In this document: positions 1 through 13,622 of the stretch, piece after piece | How positions within the stretch are numbered: the first letter of the stretch is position 1 | How the letters are laid out: each line of letters starts with the position of its first letter | The notes under the pieces: generated by a model | The model's database searches: none | What the model was told of the DNA's origin: nothing | Seen by the model: the letters and a program-made list of their open reading frames with translations, nothing else | Program-made: the position numbers and the translations under genes | Source of the DNA: Mizuhopecten yessoensis | Lineage: Eukaryota | Assembly: GCF_002113885.1 (NCBI RefSeq) | Contig: NW_018408539.1 | Coordinates: forward strand, 177,183 to 241,182 | Reading direction: 5' to 3' | DNA: 64,000 nt

Positions 1-738
1 AACGAGTACTTGTACAGATAGTCAGACCACAATGACTGGCCGCGTAGACCTTTACGAGTACATGTACATATAGTTAAACCAAAATGACTGGCCCGTAGAC
101 CTTAACGAGTACTTGTACAGATAGTCAGACCACAATGACTGGCCGCGTAGACCTTTGCGAGTACATGTACATATAGTTAAACCAAAATGACTGGCCCGTA
201 GACCTTAACGAGTACTTGTACAGATAGTCAGACCACAATTACTGACCCGTAGACCTTAACGAGTACTTGTACAGATAGTTAGACCAGAATGACTGGCCGA
301 GTAGACCTTAACGAGTACATGTACATATAGCCAGACCCCGACTACTGGGCGTGTAGACCTTAACGAGTACATGTACTGATAGTCAGACCACAATGACTGG
401 CCGCCTAGACCTTTACGAGTACATGTAAATATAGTCAGACTACAATGACTGGCCCGTAGACCTTTACGAGTACATGTACATATAGTCAGACTACAATGAC
501 TGGCAGCGTAGACCTTTACGAGTACATGTACATATAGTCAGACTGCAATGACTGGCCGCGTAGACCTTTACGAGTACATGTACAGATAGTCAGACTACAA
601 TGACTGGCCGCGTAGACCTTTATTAGTACATGTACATATAGTCAGACTACAATGACTGGCCTGCAGACCTTTACGAGTACATGTACATATAGTCAGACCA
701 CAATGACTGGCCGCGTAGACCTTAACGAGTACATGTAG
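1..738. repeat. Minisatellite, 52-53 bp unit (GTAGACCTTWACGAGTACATGTACAKATAGTCAGACYACAATGACTGGCCGC), about 14 copies, truncated by the window edge
   Basis: Directly visible periodicity, with ACGAGTAC recurring every 52-53 bp. Confidence 0.97.
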
Positions 739-3365
739 AGATAAAATGGCATCATATCGATTATAGGCGAGCCAGTATTTGTATACGGTTAAAATGTAGA
801 CTAATTGTTCAAAGCAACTGATCACCTAAGTCGCATCTAAAACAGAGTCATCCGAAGGACGGTATACCGTATTCGACAACCTAAACAATGAACCAATTGA
901 CATACCTGAAATGAAATGCAATATCCGAAACCCGGAACCATACTAACCTCCTAAGGCTTTCTGCTTTTTGTCTCTCTGTTTCTCTTTAATACATTGTTTT
1001 TTCTGTCCTCTTAGCATCAGTAAATATCGATTTAGTATAAATCGCCAGGATGACTTTACTGTAATATTCAAGTTAGGTTGCATACGTTCTGTAAAAATGC
1101 CATTTGAAGCACGTTCGCAATGCAAACCACGATACAAATACGCCTAGATCACATTAACACATACCAATGAAGAAGTGAGGAAATTTTTGGTGATTTATGA
1201 CCTGTAGTATTAATTGAATTTATGAATTGTATATCTATCTTATACAAATTATTGTTATACAGTGCAGAGTAATGTACTAGTTGTCGACTGATATTTAATC
1301 TGAAATAAATCCACGTTTCCAGCGCCAACAACGTATACATAGACTAAGAGGTCTGCTATTCGAATTAAGGTCAAACGACCAAGACACTGTTCATCCTAGC
1401 TTATGATCTTCGTTGTGAATTGTGAGTCATGAATAATACACTTTTCGTCAATACCTTGCAATAATGTTACAAGTTAACCATCAATAAGCTTCAAAAACAA
1501 ATGATTCTTTGTGTCCAAGAAGAGTTCAGAAGGAAAGTTAAGCTTCTAGCTTTTTGCACTGTCAATTCGTTTATTCCTCTTCCTTTGAGTAATTGTGTGA
1601 TCTTTACATCAACGTAGTAGATCAATCGTAAGATTTAATTAAATCCCAGGAGGTTTGTAAGGTGCACGTACTAAGCTATTTCTGGAGCTACTGTAGGGAT
1701 ATCCAATGATATATCGCTACCAAACACAAGTAAACAATAATACTACAATGTAAAACCAGGGGAATTGCAGTAAGTCATGTTTCTGGTCGAAGAAGTGGCC
1801 TATAGGAACATTCGAAGTCAAATAGAACATAACTAAACATTGATGTTAGTGTACTGCTTCCTTTTGAAAACGCCGTGTTAGCGCTGGGAATGAAAGATTC
1901 AACCTTGAAATGAGTTCCTCTATAGAAAAAAAGTAGAAAATGAACTAAAAAATAAGTAAACGATATTATTTTGCTCGGATGAAAAAGAAAGCAGTGTTTC
2001 AAAATAACTATATGACAGTTTCATCTAAGGGGTTTACGTTTGATTTGATATTTACTTGTTGCTCCAAATGTTACAAATCCGTGATAAATTTGCAATGCTG
2101 TCGGACGACAAACTAATGGCGATGGAATTTGACAGATGCAAGTCGATGAAGGCTTTCTCCGATTTTGCTTTCTCTACCCCAGTTCGTCAATTCCGAACGT
2201 TATATTACTTGGCTGCGACCTTGATTAACGCTTTGTGTGTCGTCGATAAATCAGAAAACGCCTGCATTTTCAAAATATAAGTCCTTATAATCCGTGTGAA
2301 CACTTACTTTGTTTGCCATTTTCCTCAAGATAATCGACTTTTCGTTTGCACTTGTGAAGTTCGTGGGTATTTTTCCGATAACTAAATACACATTTAGAAG
2401 TTTAGAAGACATTGTTTTTTTAACCCTTAAATATATCGGGAATCATCCACATTGATCTCTATCTGTGTTTCAGATCTGTTTTGAGCACAGGCTATTTTTT
2501 AAGAATCAAAACGTATATAATATATTTAATATTCATTGTCTGAGAACATTCCTGTGTTTGTTTTTAGGTTGCAAGTTGAACAGTTTGTTACAGCAACAAC
2601 CGTTTCTCTTAAGTTATTTATAATAGTTTTTGTATATTTTTGTACCTGATGGGGAATATTGATTCCAACCTGTGCAGTGTTAGATAGATACATGATAGCT
2701 TGACTTAATAGCGATGTTTGGTGTTCTGACCTGACACGTGTACACATACTTAGATTTTGGTTCGGCTACTTGCCTTAAGCTGATCAAACTGTGTATCATT
2801 ATGCTAGTAGTTGCAAGTACAGCATGCTTTAACAAGGCAACTGGTACGTGAATACAACGTGTGCCAAAAACGTTTATTTCTACATGTACCACCTCTGGTC
2901 CAAATACTGAAAATACACGCAAAAAACACATGAAAAAAATACATTTGTTTTTTCTCAATTTAACTTCACCATCAACCTTTTTTATGCAGGAACTTTTATA
3001 TCTTGACTTCCACTGGTCCATCATGGCCTATCTGATCATTTAAGTTTGCACTTCTTTGTACATATCGTATTTTCTATTTCTGAATCAACACCAAAACTGT
3101 AGCCTGTAGGTTAAAACGTCTCTTTCAAATATTTTGATAATAACTAACGGGAAAACGAAGTTACGCGGTCATTTCCTATATTGTAGAAGGTCAAACAAAG
3201 GTCAAGATTTGCAGCCTTATGTTTTTATGATGGTCCACACTGACATGCAAAGGTCAGATATTTTACGTACATATTCGTAATTCAATTCCAAAAATAGATT
3301 AGTATTAAGTTTACTATAGATATAAAGTTCTAACGCACGTAGAGCATGACTATCTATCAAATATT

Positions 3366-3494
3366 ATACAGTTATGGACTTTTGTGCTGGTGAATATGAT
3401 GTGATATGATCCTTAAACAGTGTTCGCCTCGGTCAACATCACTTTTTCAGGTTCATATCACATCATATTTACCAGCACAAAAGCCATAACTGTT
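3366..3494. mobile_element. Long hairpin (about 50-bp arms around TTCGCCTCGG), probable non-autonomous DNA element remnant
   Basis: ACAGTTATGGACTTTTGTGCTGGTGAATATGATGTGATATGA pairs with TCATATCACATCATATTTACCAGCACAAAAGCCATAACTGT. Confidence 0.6.
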
Positions 3495-3721
3495 TTATCA
3501 TATGCTTCAACAATAAAATAAAACAAAACAAAACAAAACTCAAGGTTCTGCTTTTTGTACGTGAGCCTCCGAATAAAATTTCTCCAGGATTGAATTCAAC
3601 AGTTTAGCATCGTATCTTTCGAATACATCATCTAGGTAGGTTTTATAAGATAAGCATGGAGGACATGCACTGCGTGTTCAATGGCCCTTTTTATGTTAAC
3701 AGAATCTTTATCCTCGAATAG

Positions 3722-5081
3722 GTTTTTTTCTCATGTAACGGAGGAGAAAAGTTCGTCAGCAGCCATCTTCTAATGTCGTCTGACATATCGCGTTCCGGTC
3801 TTACTGCGCATGCGCTACGACAGGTTCCGGGGAATTTCCATACAGGCTATATTTAGAAATCGATATTCACCGGATAACCAGTCTACATGAGTTTTTGAGG
3901 ACTGGTCACGTGTATAGGATCCGACCAATGTGATTGCGAGAATGTTCATGCATATAATAATACGCATTGTTCATTGAATTAAATATTTACTTGTGGCATG
4001 TATGAAGAAGCCATAACATGCTATTATATTCTTTTGAGGAGATATATATATATATTCGTCTTAGCTAACTACATTTTCTTTGTCAGTTGAGCGTTAATAG
4101 AGTTAAACTTTACAGACATGCTGGTGGTTGAATACAATGGCCTCTCAAAGGTAAAATAAAAATCAACACTATAGACAGATATCGGTAGTCGAAGTCGGTA
4201 CAAAAGGACCAAAGGAATAGCCTCTGCAGCGAATTCTTATCCCGAGCGTCGTTAAACGTGATTTTCGAAACCGAGGCTTGCTTCAAGTCGAGGATAAAAC
4301 ATTCAAGAATNTTTTTTATTATCTACACATACAATGCGAATACTTTTAAAATGAACCATTTTATCTTATTTTATCTTCGCTATTCACATGTTTGTTAAAA
4401 AAGTAAAATAAATAAATAAATCACCATGGCCCTAAATGACCACAGCCGTCGATGGGCCGTTAAACATAAACAAACAAACAAACAAACAAACAGTTTTTTT
4501 CTCATGTAACGGAGGAGAAAAGTTCGTCAGCAGCCATCTTCTAATGTCGTCTGACATATCGCGTTCCGGTCTTACTGCGCATGCGCTACGACAGGTTCCG
4601 GGGAATTTCCATACAGGCTATATTTAGAAATCGATATTCACCGGATAACCAGTCTACATGAGTTTTTGAGGACTGGTCACGTGTATAGGATCTGACCAAT
4701 GTGATTGCGAGAATGTTCATGCATATGATAATACGCATTGTTAATTGAATTAAATATTTACTTGTGGCATGTATGAAGAAGCCATAACATGCTATTATAT
4801 TCTTTTGAGGAGATATATATATATATTCGTCTTAGCTAACTACATTTTCTTTGTCAGTTGAGCGTTAATATAGTTAAACTTTACAGACATGCTGGTGGTT
4901 GAATACAATGGCCTCTCAAAGGTAAAATAAAAATCAACACTATAGACAGATATCGGTAGTCGAAGTCGGTACAAAAGGACCAAAGGAATAGCCTCTGCAG
5001 CGAATTCTTATCCCGAGCGTCGTTAAACGTGATTTTCGAAACCGAGGCTTGCTTCAAGTCGAGGATAAAACATTCAAGAAT
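3722..5081. repeat. About 590-bp near-identical direct duplication (3722-4310 vs 4493-5081) across the N at 4311; probable uncollapsed haplotype overlap
   Basis: Offset 771; only a few substitutions and indels; the first copy ends exactly at the N. Confidence 0.9.
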
Positions 5082-8000
5082 CTCACTCCGGGGTTTGATA
5101 CTCCCCTTGCAACTCTAAGCAAATGTGACGGTTGTTGTTATCCTGTCCTTTTTAGCCTTGTATTTTAAAGTAATGGTTTTCATTAGTTCGATTTTCTTGA
5201 AATCTACATGTAGTAAAAAATAGGACAAAGAACATAGGCGACAATAACAAAAATGGAAACCTCACAGCAAATCTCATATTTCGTTCAAGACACTTTAATA
5301 AAGCAATAAAACTATATGAGGATACTATTTTTTACACAAAAACTAGTTCAGAACTGTCAATAAGTTTTAATAGGCGCAATTTTGAAAGAAAATGTTAAAA
5401 ACAATACTTCTTCATTTCTCCCATACTTGCTCTTTAAGCTCTGCTTGAAAACTAGCCTGTGTAATTGAGGTTCCGTGAAAACCCACTTACTCGAACTCGC
5501 ATCACTCGAATACCCATTGTTCCTCGAATAGTTCGCTTGGTCCCGACCGTATTCTTATATATTCCTCGGATTACACGAAATCCTATTGATCGAATATCCC
5601 GTGTTCCTGGAACTCTAATTTATCCCCGACTACTTAAAACCTTAGTAGTTAACGCATTCAATCGTCAAACAGATAGTAGCGCCCTTACATCTAACATACC
5701 GCCACTGGCATGCCTCGAGGCACATATTGCGCTCAACTCTTATCGGGTTTAATTCACATCTGATCAGGGAATTTAGATTGTTTGGTGAAGTTGAAAGTTC
5801 AAAACTTCATCAATGCATAGCAAATAATTTTTGAAAAAAAATGCCAAAAATAAAGACTTTATCTTTGAATGCCAGTAATAAAAAATCATAAAAAATTAAC
5901 AAGATCTGTTTTCAGTTTTTCAAATGATCAGAGACGAGTCCAAAAACAGCACTTGGAAAATAAGAGTCCTACCATGTGTGTTTATTAAGGCACTATTCTC
6001 TGCTTGAAATATCAACGTAATAGTTGTGAGTATAAATGTATAGTTTTGTAGCATTAATAACCAAAACAAATCATTTGTTTTCAGTATTAAGTTTCCATTT
6101 TCCCAGTAAGATACTTTGACGGGTTTTCTGTGCTCAAAGTTTGAATAGAGTAATTTTACCATTCGACAATATCTTGACAGAATATCTAGCAATTATAATT
6201 TAGTGTGACATAATTTAATATTTTCCATTGTGTATCAAATACACGACCATGTCTACACACATATTAATTAGTCTGTTATATTATCATAATTGCCCCAAGT
6301 AACGTAACATTAGTAACACTTGTATATAAAGGAGATTATTGTCACTGTTTCCTACATTTCTACGACGGGGCCATTAGTGTCAATTCCGGATTTTCTGCTC
6401 AGATTATTAGGTTTGAACATGCGGGAACTTTATTGGGAACGGACAGTTTAAAAAAGCAAGTACTAAAAAGTCATACCTGTAACGCCACCCTAGATCAAAT
6501 ACATTAAAATTCATTTCTTTCGGATCGTTTACTTTTTGTTCAAAAGTAATTCATTATATACAGTAAAATAACATTTTTTTTAATAGAAACTTTACAACAA
6601 CAAAAAAAAAAGTTTACTGAGGTCAACTTATCGAAAACAGATAATATGACTTTCAATAGTATTCAGATAAAACAAATGTTCAAATATGTACGCACAATGC
6701 ATATAATGAATACAAACTAGATTTAACAAATGGCAAATATTATAATTATTTAAAATAATGTAAAATCCCAGATCCCTTTTCGAAACAATGAATAACTCTT
6801 AATTCCTAATCTACCTAAAAACTGTTGGTGTGTTCATTAGTTTGATGTCATTTCATTACCTTCTATTGGTCTTAATTGTCTGCTCTGGTTAGATTGATCG
6901 TTATTCAATATTCAATATTAACAGTATCAAATTCAATATCAAATTTGAAATTGAGTAACTAACCTCAAAGATAAAAACCATAAAAGTTGAATGGTATTTA
7001 ATTACAAAAAAAGAAATATGCCAATGGCTGTCATATGATGACCTATTATAAAATCATACCGAGTCAGAAAGAATTTTATGGAGGTATCATTCTGACATTT
7101 GGCAGATATGTTTAAATGAATAAACATGACTTCCCAAGGATCTTTGTTATGAAAATATGCGTTGCAGAGTTTGTCCATTATCTATTAAAGAAATATACGA
7201 GTCACCTATAATTAAAGAATGCCCCTCACTATAACGCTTACTGACCCTCGATAACAATAATTGTGTAACAGTAATAATAAACTAATGACGACCTTTATTA
7301 AAACTCACTTTGAGAATAAAGGTTGAGTATATAAACAAATCAATTGATATCAAAACAAATCACGACACATAAGTTCCAGCAAAAAGGTAATATGTCATAT
7401 AGTGAAATACTTATAATTAAAATCGTAATTTTCTATAACACTCAGACAAAAATAAGTGTTTAAGATTGTCAACTTACCGATGACGTGAGTGCTCTGTGAA
7501 TGAATGTGTGTCCCACTCCACCTGCAATTGACAGCGTCTGTCATACTGTCACTGTGAACGGCATTGCTATCTGTGACGGCATTTAGTCTCTCTCTTGTTT
7601 CTAGGAAATCGATCCCTCTCCGGCTGTACGGAATTTCAATAAAAACGTCGGCATCGGTATGAAATCTCTACACTGTAAAATGTTTGGTTAAGCCAAGTAA
7701 CCGAATTGCTATCACTGTAAATTCCCTACACCCTAGACATCGCGCAGTATTTTTCTCCAATTTGTATAGATACCACATCACTCAGTTTTTGTTTGCCACT
7801 TAGAAACGTATAGATATGCCACGCCTTAAGATATCTTCACATTTGAATTAGTTAAGAAAATACCCAAATTGTGCATTTATCTATTAAAATATAAAAAAAA
7901 CGTTTTTTTGGACAATGACTGATATCCATATAGTTGACATATATCTACTGGCCAAGTATCAGGCCAAAGAGCTTTTAGTTGTTCAAATTGAAAGATGGAC

Positions 8001-8780
8001 GAATGGTAGGCAGATGAACGGACAAAGAAAGGATGCTACACTATAACGTGAGCGTACAGGCGCTCGTGCTAGATCATTGAAAAGCCATCTTGTTTTTATG
8101 AACTTTTACCTTTCGTCATCTGAGTCAAATGTATGTTCTGTTCACCAGTTAATAAGTACCCTAGTAAGACGTGTTAATGTAATCCAAACTATAATTAGTT
8201 CTTTATTAAGTACAAAAGCATTTGTGGAAGACTTGTTACATAGCATTTGCTTCTTTGAGATATGTATTTGAGCTTAAAACTCGAGTTTTTGAGAATATGA
8301 AGCACGCACAAACGGAAAGGACACCCTCTTAATGACCCGAGAAATCTTTCCAATGCCCCTGATTTTACTACTTACTGGAGTTCGCTAAAGGCATATCAAA
8401 CTTTAAGTAATGAATCATGAACATCACTGCAACATAAAGATTAGTTTAACCTTTTCAAGGAAGTATACAAATGTGGCCATGTCTGTTCCTCCACCAATAC
8501 AGACATGCTGAAGCAGCAAAACCAACGTCATCTTTATGCATGACCTCGCATTTTCTGCCAAATCATATCAATCAAGCTACGATATTCATACTCAGCCCTG
8601 AATAGAGACGCAGCGCTCCGGTATTGCCTTTTAGGGAAAACTACGTCAAACATCTTGGCGTTTATGACAATCCTTAAATCTTTGGCACGGCTATTGATAA
8701 TGTTACCGAATCACAATTCTAACATTTGTCATTATGCATACTGTCAGCGACAACATAAAGGGAGACTGCATTATATATAT

Positions 8781-8882
8781 ATATAGAAAAAATAGGATTA
8801 ACGACCGACTAAAAGAAGAACCTTGTGAAGCGTGAAAGCAGCTAGTTTTTTAGTCGGTCGTTAATCTTATTTTTTTCTATAT
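8781..8882. repeat. Inverted repeat with about 34-bp arms (MITE-like hairpin)
   Basis: ATATAGAAAAAATAGGATTAACGACCGACTAAAA pairs with TTTTAGTCGGTCGTTAATCTTATTTTTTTCTATAT. Confidence 0.8.
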
Positions 8883-9109
8883 TTACTTCCTTCACATGGA
8901 CATTTAATCCCTTTTTATTATATATATATATACACACATACACGCATTAAAGAAGAAAGCAGAATATGGTGCGGATGGACTGGTTTATAAAATTAATTAA
9001 ATCAATAGATAGACTGATTTATGAGACTAGTTCATTCAACTGCTCAATGCGGAAGATTCCATGTTCATCAGCTGTCATTTTAATACAAATACAACGGTTT
9101 ACATGATAC

Positions 9110-9660
9110 TAAACTGGAATAAGCTTAAAATGCACTTTTACTTAGATTAATGTATAAGACATTCGACTTGAATCAGCTAATAAGACACTTAACTTGACTC
9201 CACTGGTTATACACGACTAAAATTAATTTGTATATGAGAAACTTAACATGATTGGTAACAAAACATAACACATCTGATTTAAGTCACTTTATAAAATATT
9301 TCACCTAAATCAACTGTGTATAAGAGACTTAACTTGAATCAGCTAGTAAGACACTTAACTTTATGAAAAGGTTTATAAGACAATTCACTTGAATCTGTTT
9401 AAAGACACACCTTGCCTAAATCAAATTATAAGATATTTCACCCGAATCAACTGTTTAAACGATACTTTGAATCAGTTACTAAGACACTAAGCTTTAATCA
9501 AAAGACTTACAATGTAGCTTTGATACAAGGTTTATAAGACACTTCATTTGAATAAGTTGATAACACACCAGACTTGAATCAGATGAGTATAGATAGTACA
9601 TTTGAATCAGTTGTTTATAAGATACTCGGAATCAGTTATTAAAACACTTAACCTGAATAT
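9110..9660. repeat. Degenerate short-period tandem repeat (ATAAGACACTTAACTTGAATCAG-like, about 28 bp)
   Basis: Recurring TAAGAC...TTGAATCAG motifs. Confidence 0.75.
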
Positions 9661-10649
9661 GTTACAAAAAACAAAAATTGACAAAAATCAAAAAGGCATT
9701 ATGAAATTTGAATATTTGTGTTAACCTGTAATATTAGGAGGCAGCAACTGACAGAATATGGGCCGTTGAAATACATGCTGACTATCCTATATATCATTAA
9801 CAGTGTAGAAATTTAGGAGGGCGGTTGTGATTAAGTCGGACCGATTCACATGGTATTGCATCATTGCCATTTAACATTTGACAGCTGGTTTGTTATACAG
9901 AACAAATTGATAAACTATACCATAATCACTGTATAAACGTGCGTCGTTCCGATTCCTAGTCGTTGGGAAGTTATAGAAGGGTACTGTTAGCTGAAGCTCC
10001 CTATCGACAAGGGGCCTCGAAAGAATCCATGAACTGTTGTCAATCTCGGAACGGAGTTAATGAACAAATAACTGTGTGACAAATGAAAGGTTTTCTCATA
10101 GATTAGTAAAGCTATTTGTATTTCCGAAGGAACAACATGCAGTTATGAAATCTTTTACTATTCACTAATCTGTGGTATCACATTTTGATACTTTGACACT
10201 GGTAAGTCATAACTTAACGAACTGGTCATTTGACGCGTTATAAATTTAGTTTGTTTGACATTCTACGTCGACTTTTGCATTCTTGATAATCACTTCCTGA
10301 ATACGTGTATGTCAGGTTTATTCTGCTGGGGGAAACAATGACATACCTACGTGAATTATGCAACGTATGCACATGTCGATACACGATTTGTGTAGAGGCA
10401 GTATCACTAACTTATCATCTACGTTTGTATTTTATGGTCATTATGTAAACACTTTCTTTCTTATATGCTGAAATTTCCGAAAAGAAAGAAAGAGACTACA
10501 AGAGACCGATATACTTTTATTGTTTGACTGGAGGCTGCAAAAAACGGATGCACATGATTACGTGGCTTATTTTATTATTATGTATTTATTGAGGGACGTT
10601 TTGTGTATCTTATATCCTGTAGTTGTCGTGTCGACTTTGTGTTAAGATT

Positions 10650-11020
10650 TGTACATGTGTATTGAGGATGCGGTATATTGAATTAAGATAATGGACACGT
10701 TTAATGGTCGCCATCAGGATCTGGCAAGGCATTCTGGCAATCCGTTGTGTGACATGAAGGACGAGGTTCTTTTTATTATGCTCATTAGAGTGTCTTGTGG
10801 TTCTGTTGTCACTATCCGAGTTCTCCATGTGGGGACATTACTTTACGTGGATGAATATACACAGCAGGTATCGCCGATGAAACAGAAGACCACTCAGGAG
10901 CGCCTCGTCGTAATATATTTGTACTTTGTTAAGCGTCTCCATATAAATCTTTCTATTTTTCACATTTTGCTGTTTATTTATATCAATCTTAAGTTCGAAT
11001 TATGGTGTTGTTGACACTTC
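10650..11020 (+). mobile_element. 3' remnant of a Penelope-like retroelement (related copies at 43075-43408 and, more decayed, about 37900-38170)
   Basis: Homologous to 43075-43408 (ATGGACA..TTT.ATKGTCGCCATCAGGATCT ... GTTCGAAYTRTGGTKTTGTTGACACTTC). Translates as FNGRHQDL, resembling the KFYGRH.DL C-terminal motif of Penelope-like RTs. Confidence 0.55.
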
Positions 11021-13442
11021 TGTATTATCTTCTTGTGTTTCTACTTCAGATTACTGATTGGCCTCCTAGATCCAGCTCCATTGAAAGAGGGGGAATCTTT
11101 CTCGCTGGATTTTTGTAACAAAAACGCCATGTTACTGCGGTAAAATAATAGAGCGACATCTTAAAAACTAAACGACTTCCTCTCCAACCGGTCAAGAGGC
11201 CAGTTATGATGACAACCAAACAAATAGGGGTTAAATCAATACATATAATGGGACAGTGGAATAGGGAGAAATCCTTATGAAGTGTTATGTTTTATACCGA
11301 AATTGTTCTTCACTCAAAACTGGACATAATGTTTACATTGATTTGTACAGATACCTGTATCGGGATACTCTATGGTACACAATGCTTCCGTGCACTTCAT
11401 TTTAATTGTTTAAACTGTTTTCGCGAAGTGTTGGACGTAATAACTCGTTTTCTTTGTGTGTTGTTTCCAACACTAAGGTAAACATTTTTGACTATTCAGT
11501 AAAGAAAAATATAAATTAATCAGTTTGTTTTCTTTACAGCATTCTTTATTTGGCTAATGAAAATCAGTCACAGAATATTCATTTTTACCTTATCGGTACG
11601 TTTAGTGATAATGAAGCTTTGTTGACTTTATTGAAGTGTAAGGTATGTCAGTTGAACATTGTGTTACTGACAACAGTCAACGATTTCGGTATATCAGTCT
11701 TTTGTTGTTCACAGTTAAATGCAATTTCTACTAAAATGTTGTTATGATACCAAAGTAGCAAGCAATCGCGTGTTGCTTGTTCTTGAATGATTTCAGCTGC
11801 CAAGCCATATCAATCAGGCTATAATATTCATACCTATTCCCTGAATAGTACTTTACATTTTCGTTTACGCCTCTTAAGGAAAGCTACGTCAAACAACAAG
11901 GTCTTTTTGAGAGGTCTCTAAGTTCTGGCATGAATATTGATCATGTCATCGAATCACATTTATGACATCTATTGGTATACATGTTAAAACCGGTTTTTGT
12001 TTAATTGACATGCAAATCTATATAATGACACCGCATTATTAGTTACATTTATTTTCATGGCAATATGTTGCAGTCGTCTTTATTATATGTCATTGGATCA
12101 ATTGAAAGTTAATGTGATATTTTATTATATGGTATTGTGGAATAAAAAAGCACGCATTACCATTGAGACTTTAAACGGGTAATCCCATTGTCAGTTAATG
12201 CCAACAACGTGCATTTATATGTAAGTGCATTCTGGGTCTATATCCTGAGTTGATGCAAATGTACAGGGCATGCCTGTTGACAGGTTAAGAGGCTACAGAT
12301 TTGATCATTTCTGACGACGTACGGAGCAGGAGTCGTGACGTTGAACAAGGACAGAAACACTGTATTGTTTTTAGTCTATAAGTTTGACTTTGTATTTTGG
12401 TTGTCTGTGACGAAATGTAAATGCTGCTCTTTGCTGGTTTGGTACTGGGGCATTTCTGGATAGATGTACTTTAAGAAAGCTACACAGTACCTGTCCATTG
12501 TTGGTCTATACCTGGAACTTTGGTCTATAGCTGTCTTTTCTGTAACATCTCAAAACAGTCACGGTACCGTTGGTACGTTACATCTGGTAATGGATTCTGA
12601 AAATTATGACAAGGCTGTTCATTTTTCATTATCCCATTTGATTCAATAACTCATTATTTAATTTCATATGCTCATGCATAATTTTGATTTTAATGTATAT
12701 AATAGTAAGTAAAGAACTTGTACAATACAATCACGGACCCGGTACATACAAACGTATACACAGCTAAGTAATTCAGTAATACATGTACATGTATAACTGT
12801 ATAATCAAATTAACGACATAGTAGACACAACACAAGACACTCAAAAATCTCAAAAATGGTAGTGAATACCTATATATAGATCAATGATAACTGTAACTCA
12901 AAATATAAATTAACGCAAACCAGTTACATACATATTCGATGAAGTCCGATAAGGAATTAGTGAGATCAAATGAATTGCAAAACGCATGTACATCATTCCC
13001 TTTACTCGTTACCAACATCACTTCCAATTAATGCTTTTTTTTGTCGTATTCAATCTATAATATGATCTTACCTTAAGTTCGAAAATGAGTCATGGTGCTA
13101 ACACATGTACTCCACTAACATGGACACATTGTTTTAGCCTCCGAACTCCTGAATTGAACGCTACAAGTTTTGTGGCCAATAACGAAATTTTAGTAGTTTT
13201 AAAATATATTATTGCATTACCGTGTGTGTCGCAAAACGACATTATTTATCAGAACACGAACCGTTGTCTTATGATGTATTCAACTAATGCAAAAAAAACC
13301 TTTTTCAGTTGGTCAGATATGTCTTTGAATCTTTTATCCTTAAGAAAACTTAGACTTGCACAAAAATTGCATGCCTAGATGTAAAAAATATACATTTATT
13401 AATTTTACACAATTATGACAAATGGTTGTTACAACCTATAGC

Positions 13443-13622
13443 AATCACTCTTGTTAGCCCGATTGTTAGCGGGCTGGGGTCTTAATGTGGGAGGAACCCT
13501 GAGTACATGAAAAACACTCACGTGGTCGGACAAACGAATCCGAACCTTTTCATGTCCGATCGGGGAAACGAACCCCAGCCGCCTTTGTGAAAGACGATAG
13601 CGTTATCCACTGCGCCACCAGA
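13443..13622 (-). mobile_element. tRNA-derived SINE with V-domain-like core
   Basis: Minus strand has GGTGGCGCAGTGG (A box), GGTTCGTTTCCC (B box), then GTACTCAGGGTTCCTCCCAC; two more copies in the window. Confidence 0.8.

Noticed and set aside
1-760. First minisatellite as another splice-junction-derived array
   Set aside because: The minus strand has AAG|GTCTAC after a pyrimidine run, but the exon context lies outside the window and cannot be supported.
5474-5630. 95-aa ORF rich in RI/TRI
   Set aside because: It arises from CTCGAA subterminal repeats of a probable Tc1/pogo-type MITE end; the partner TIR was not found.
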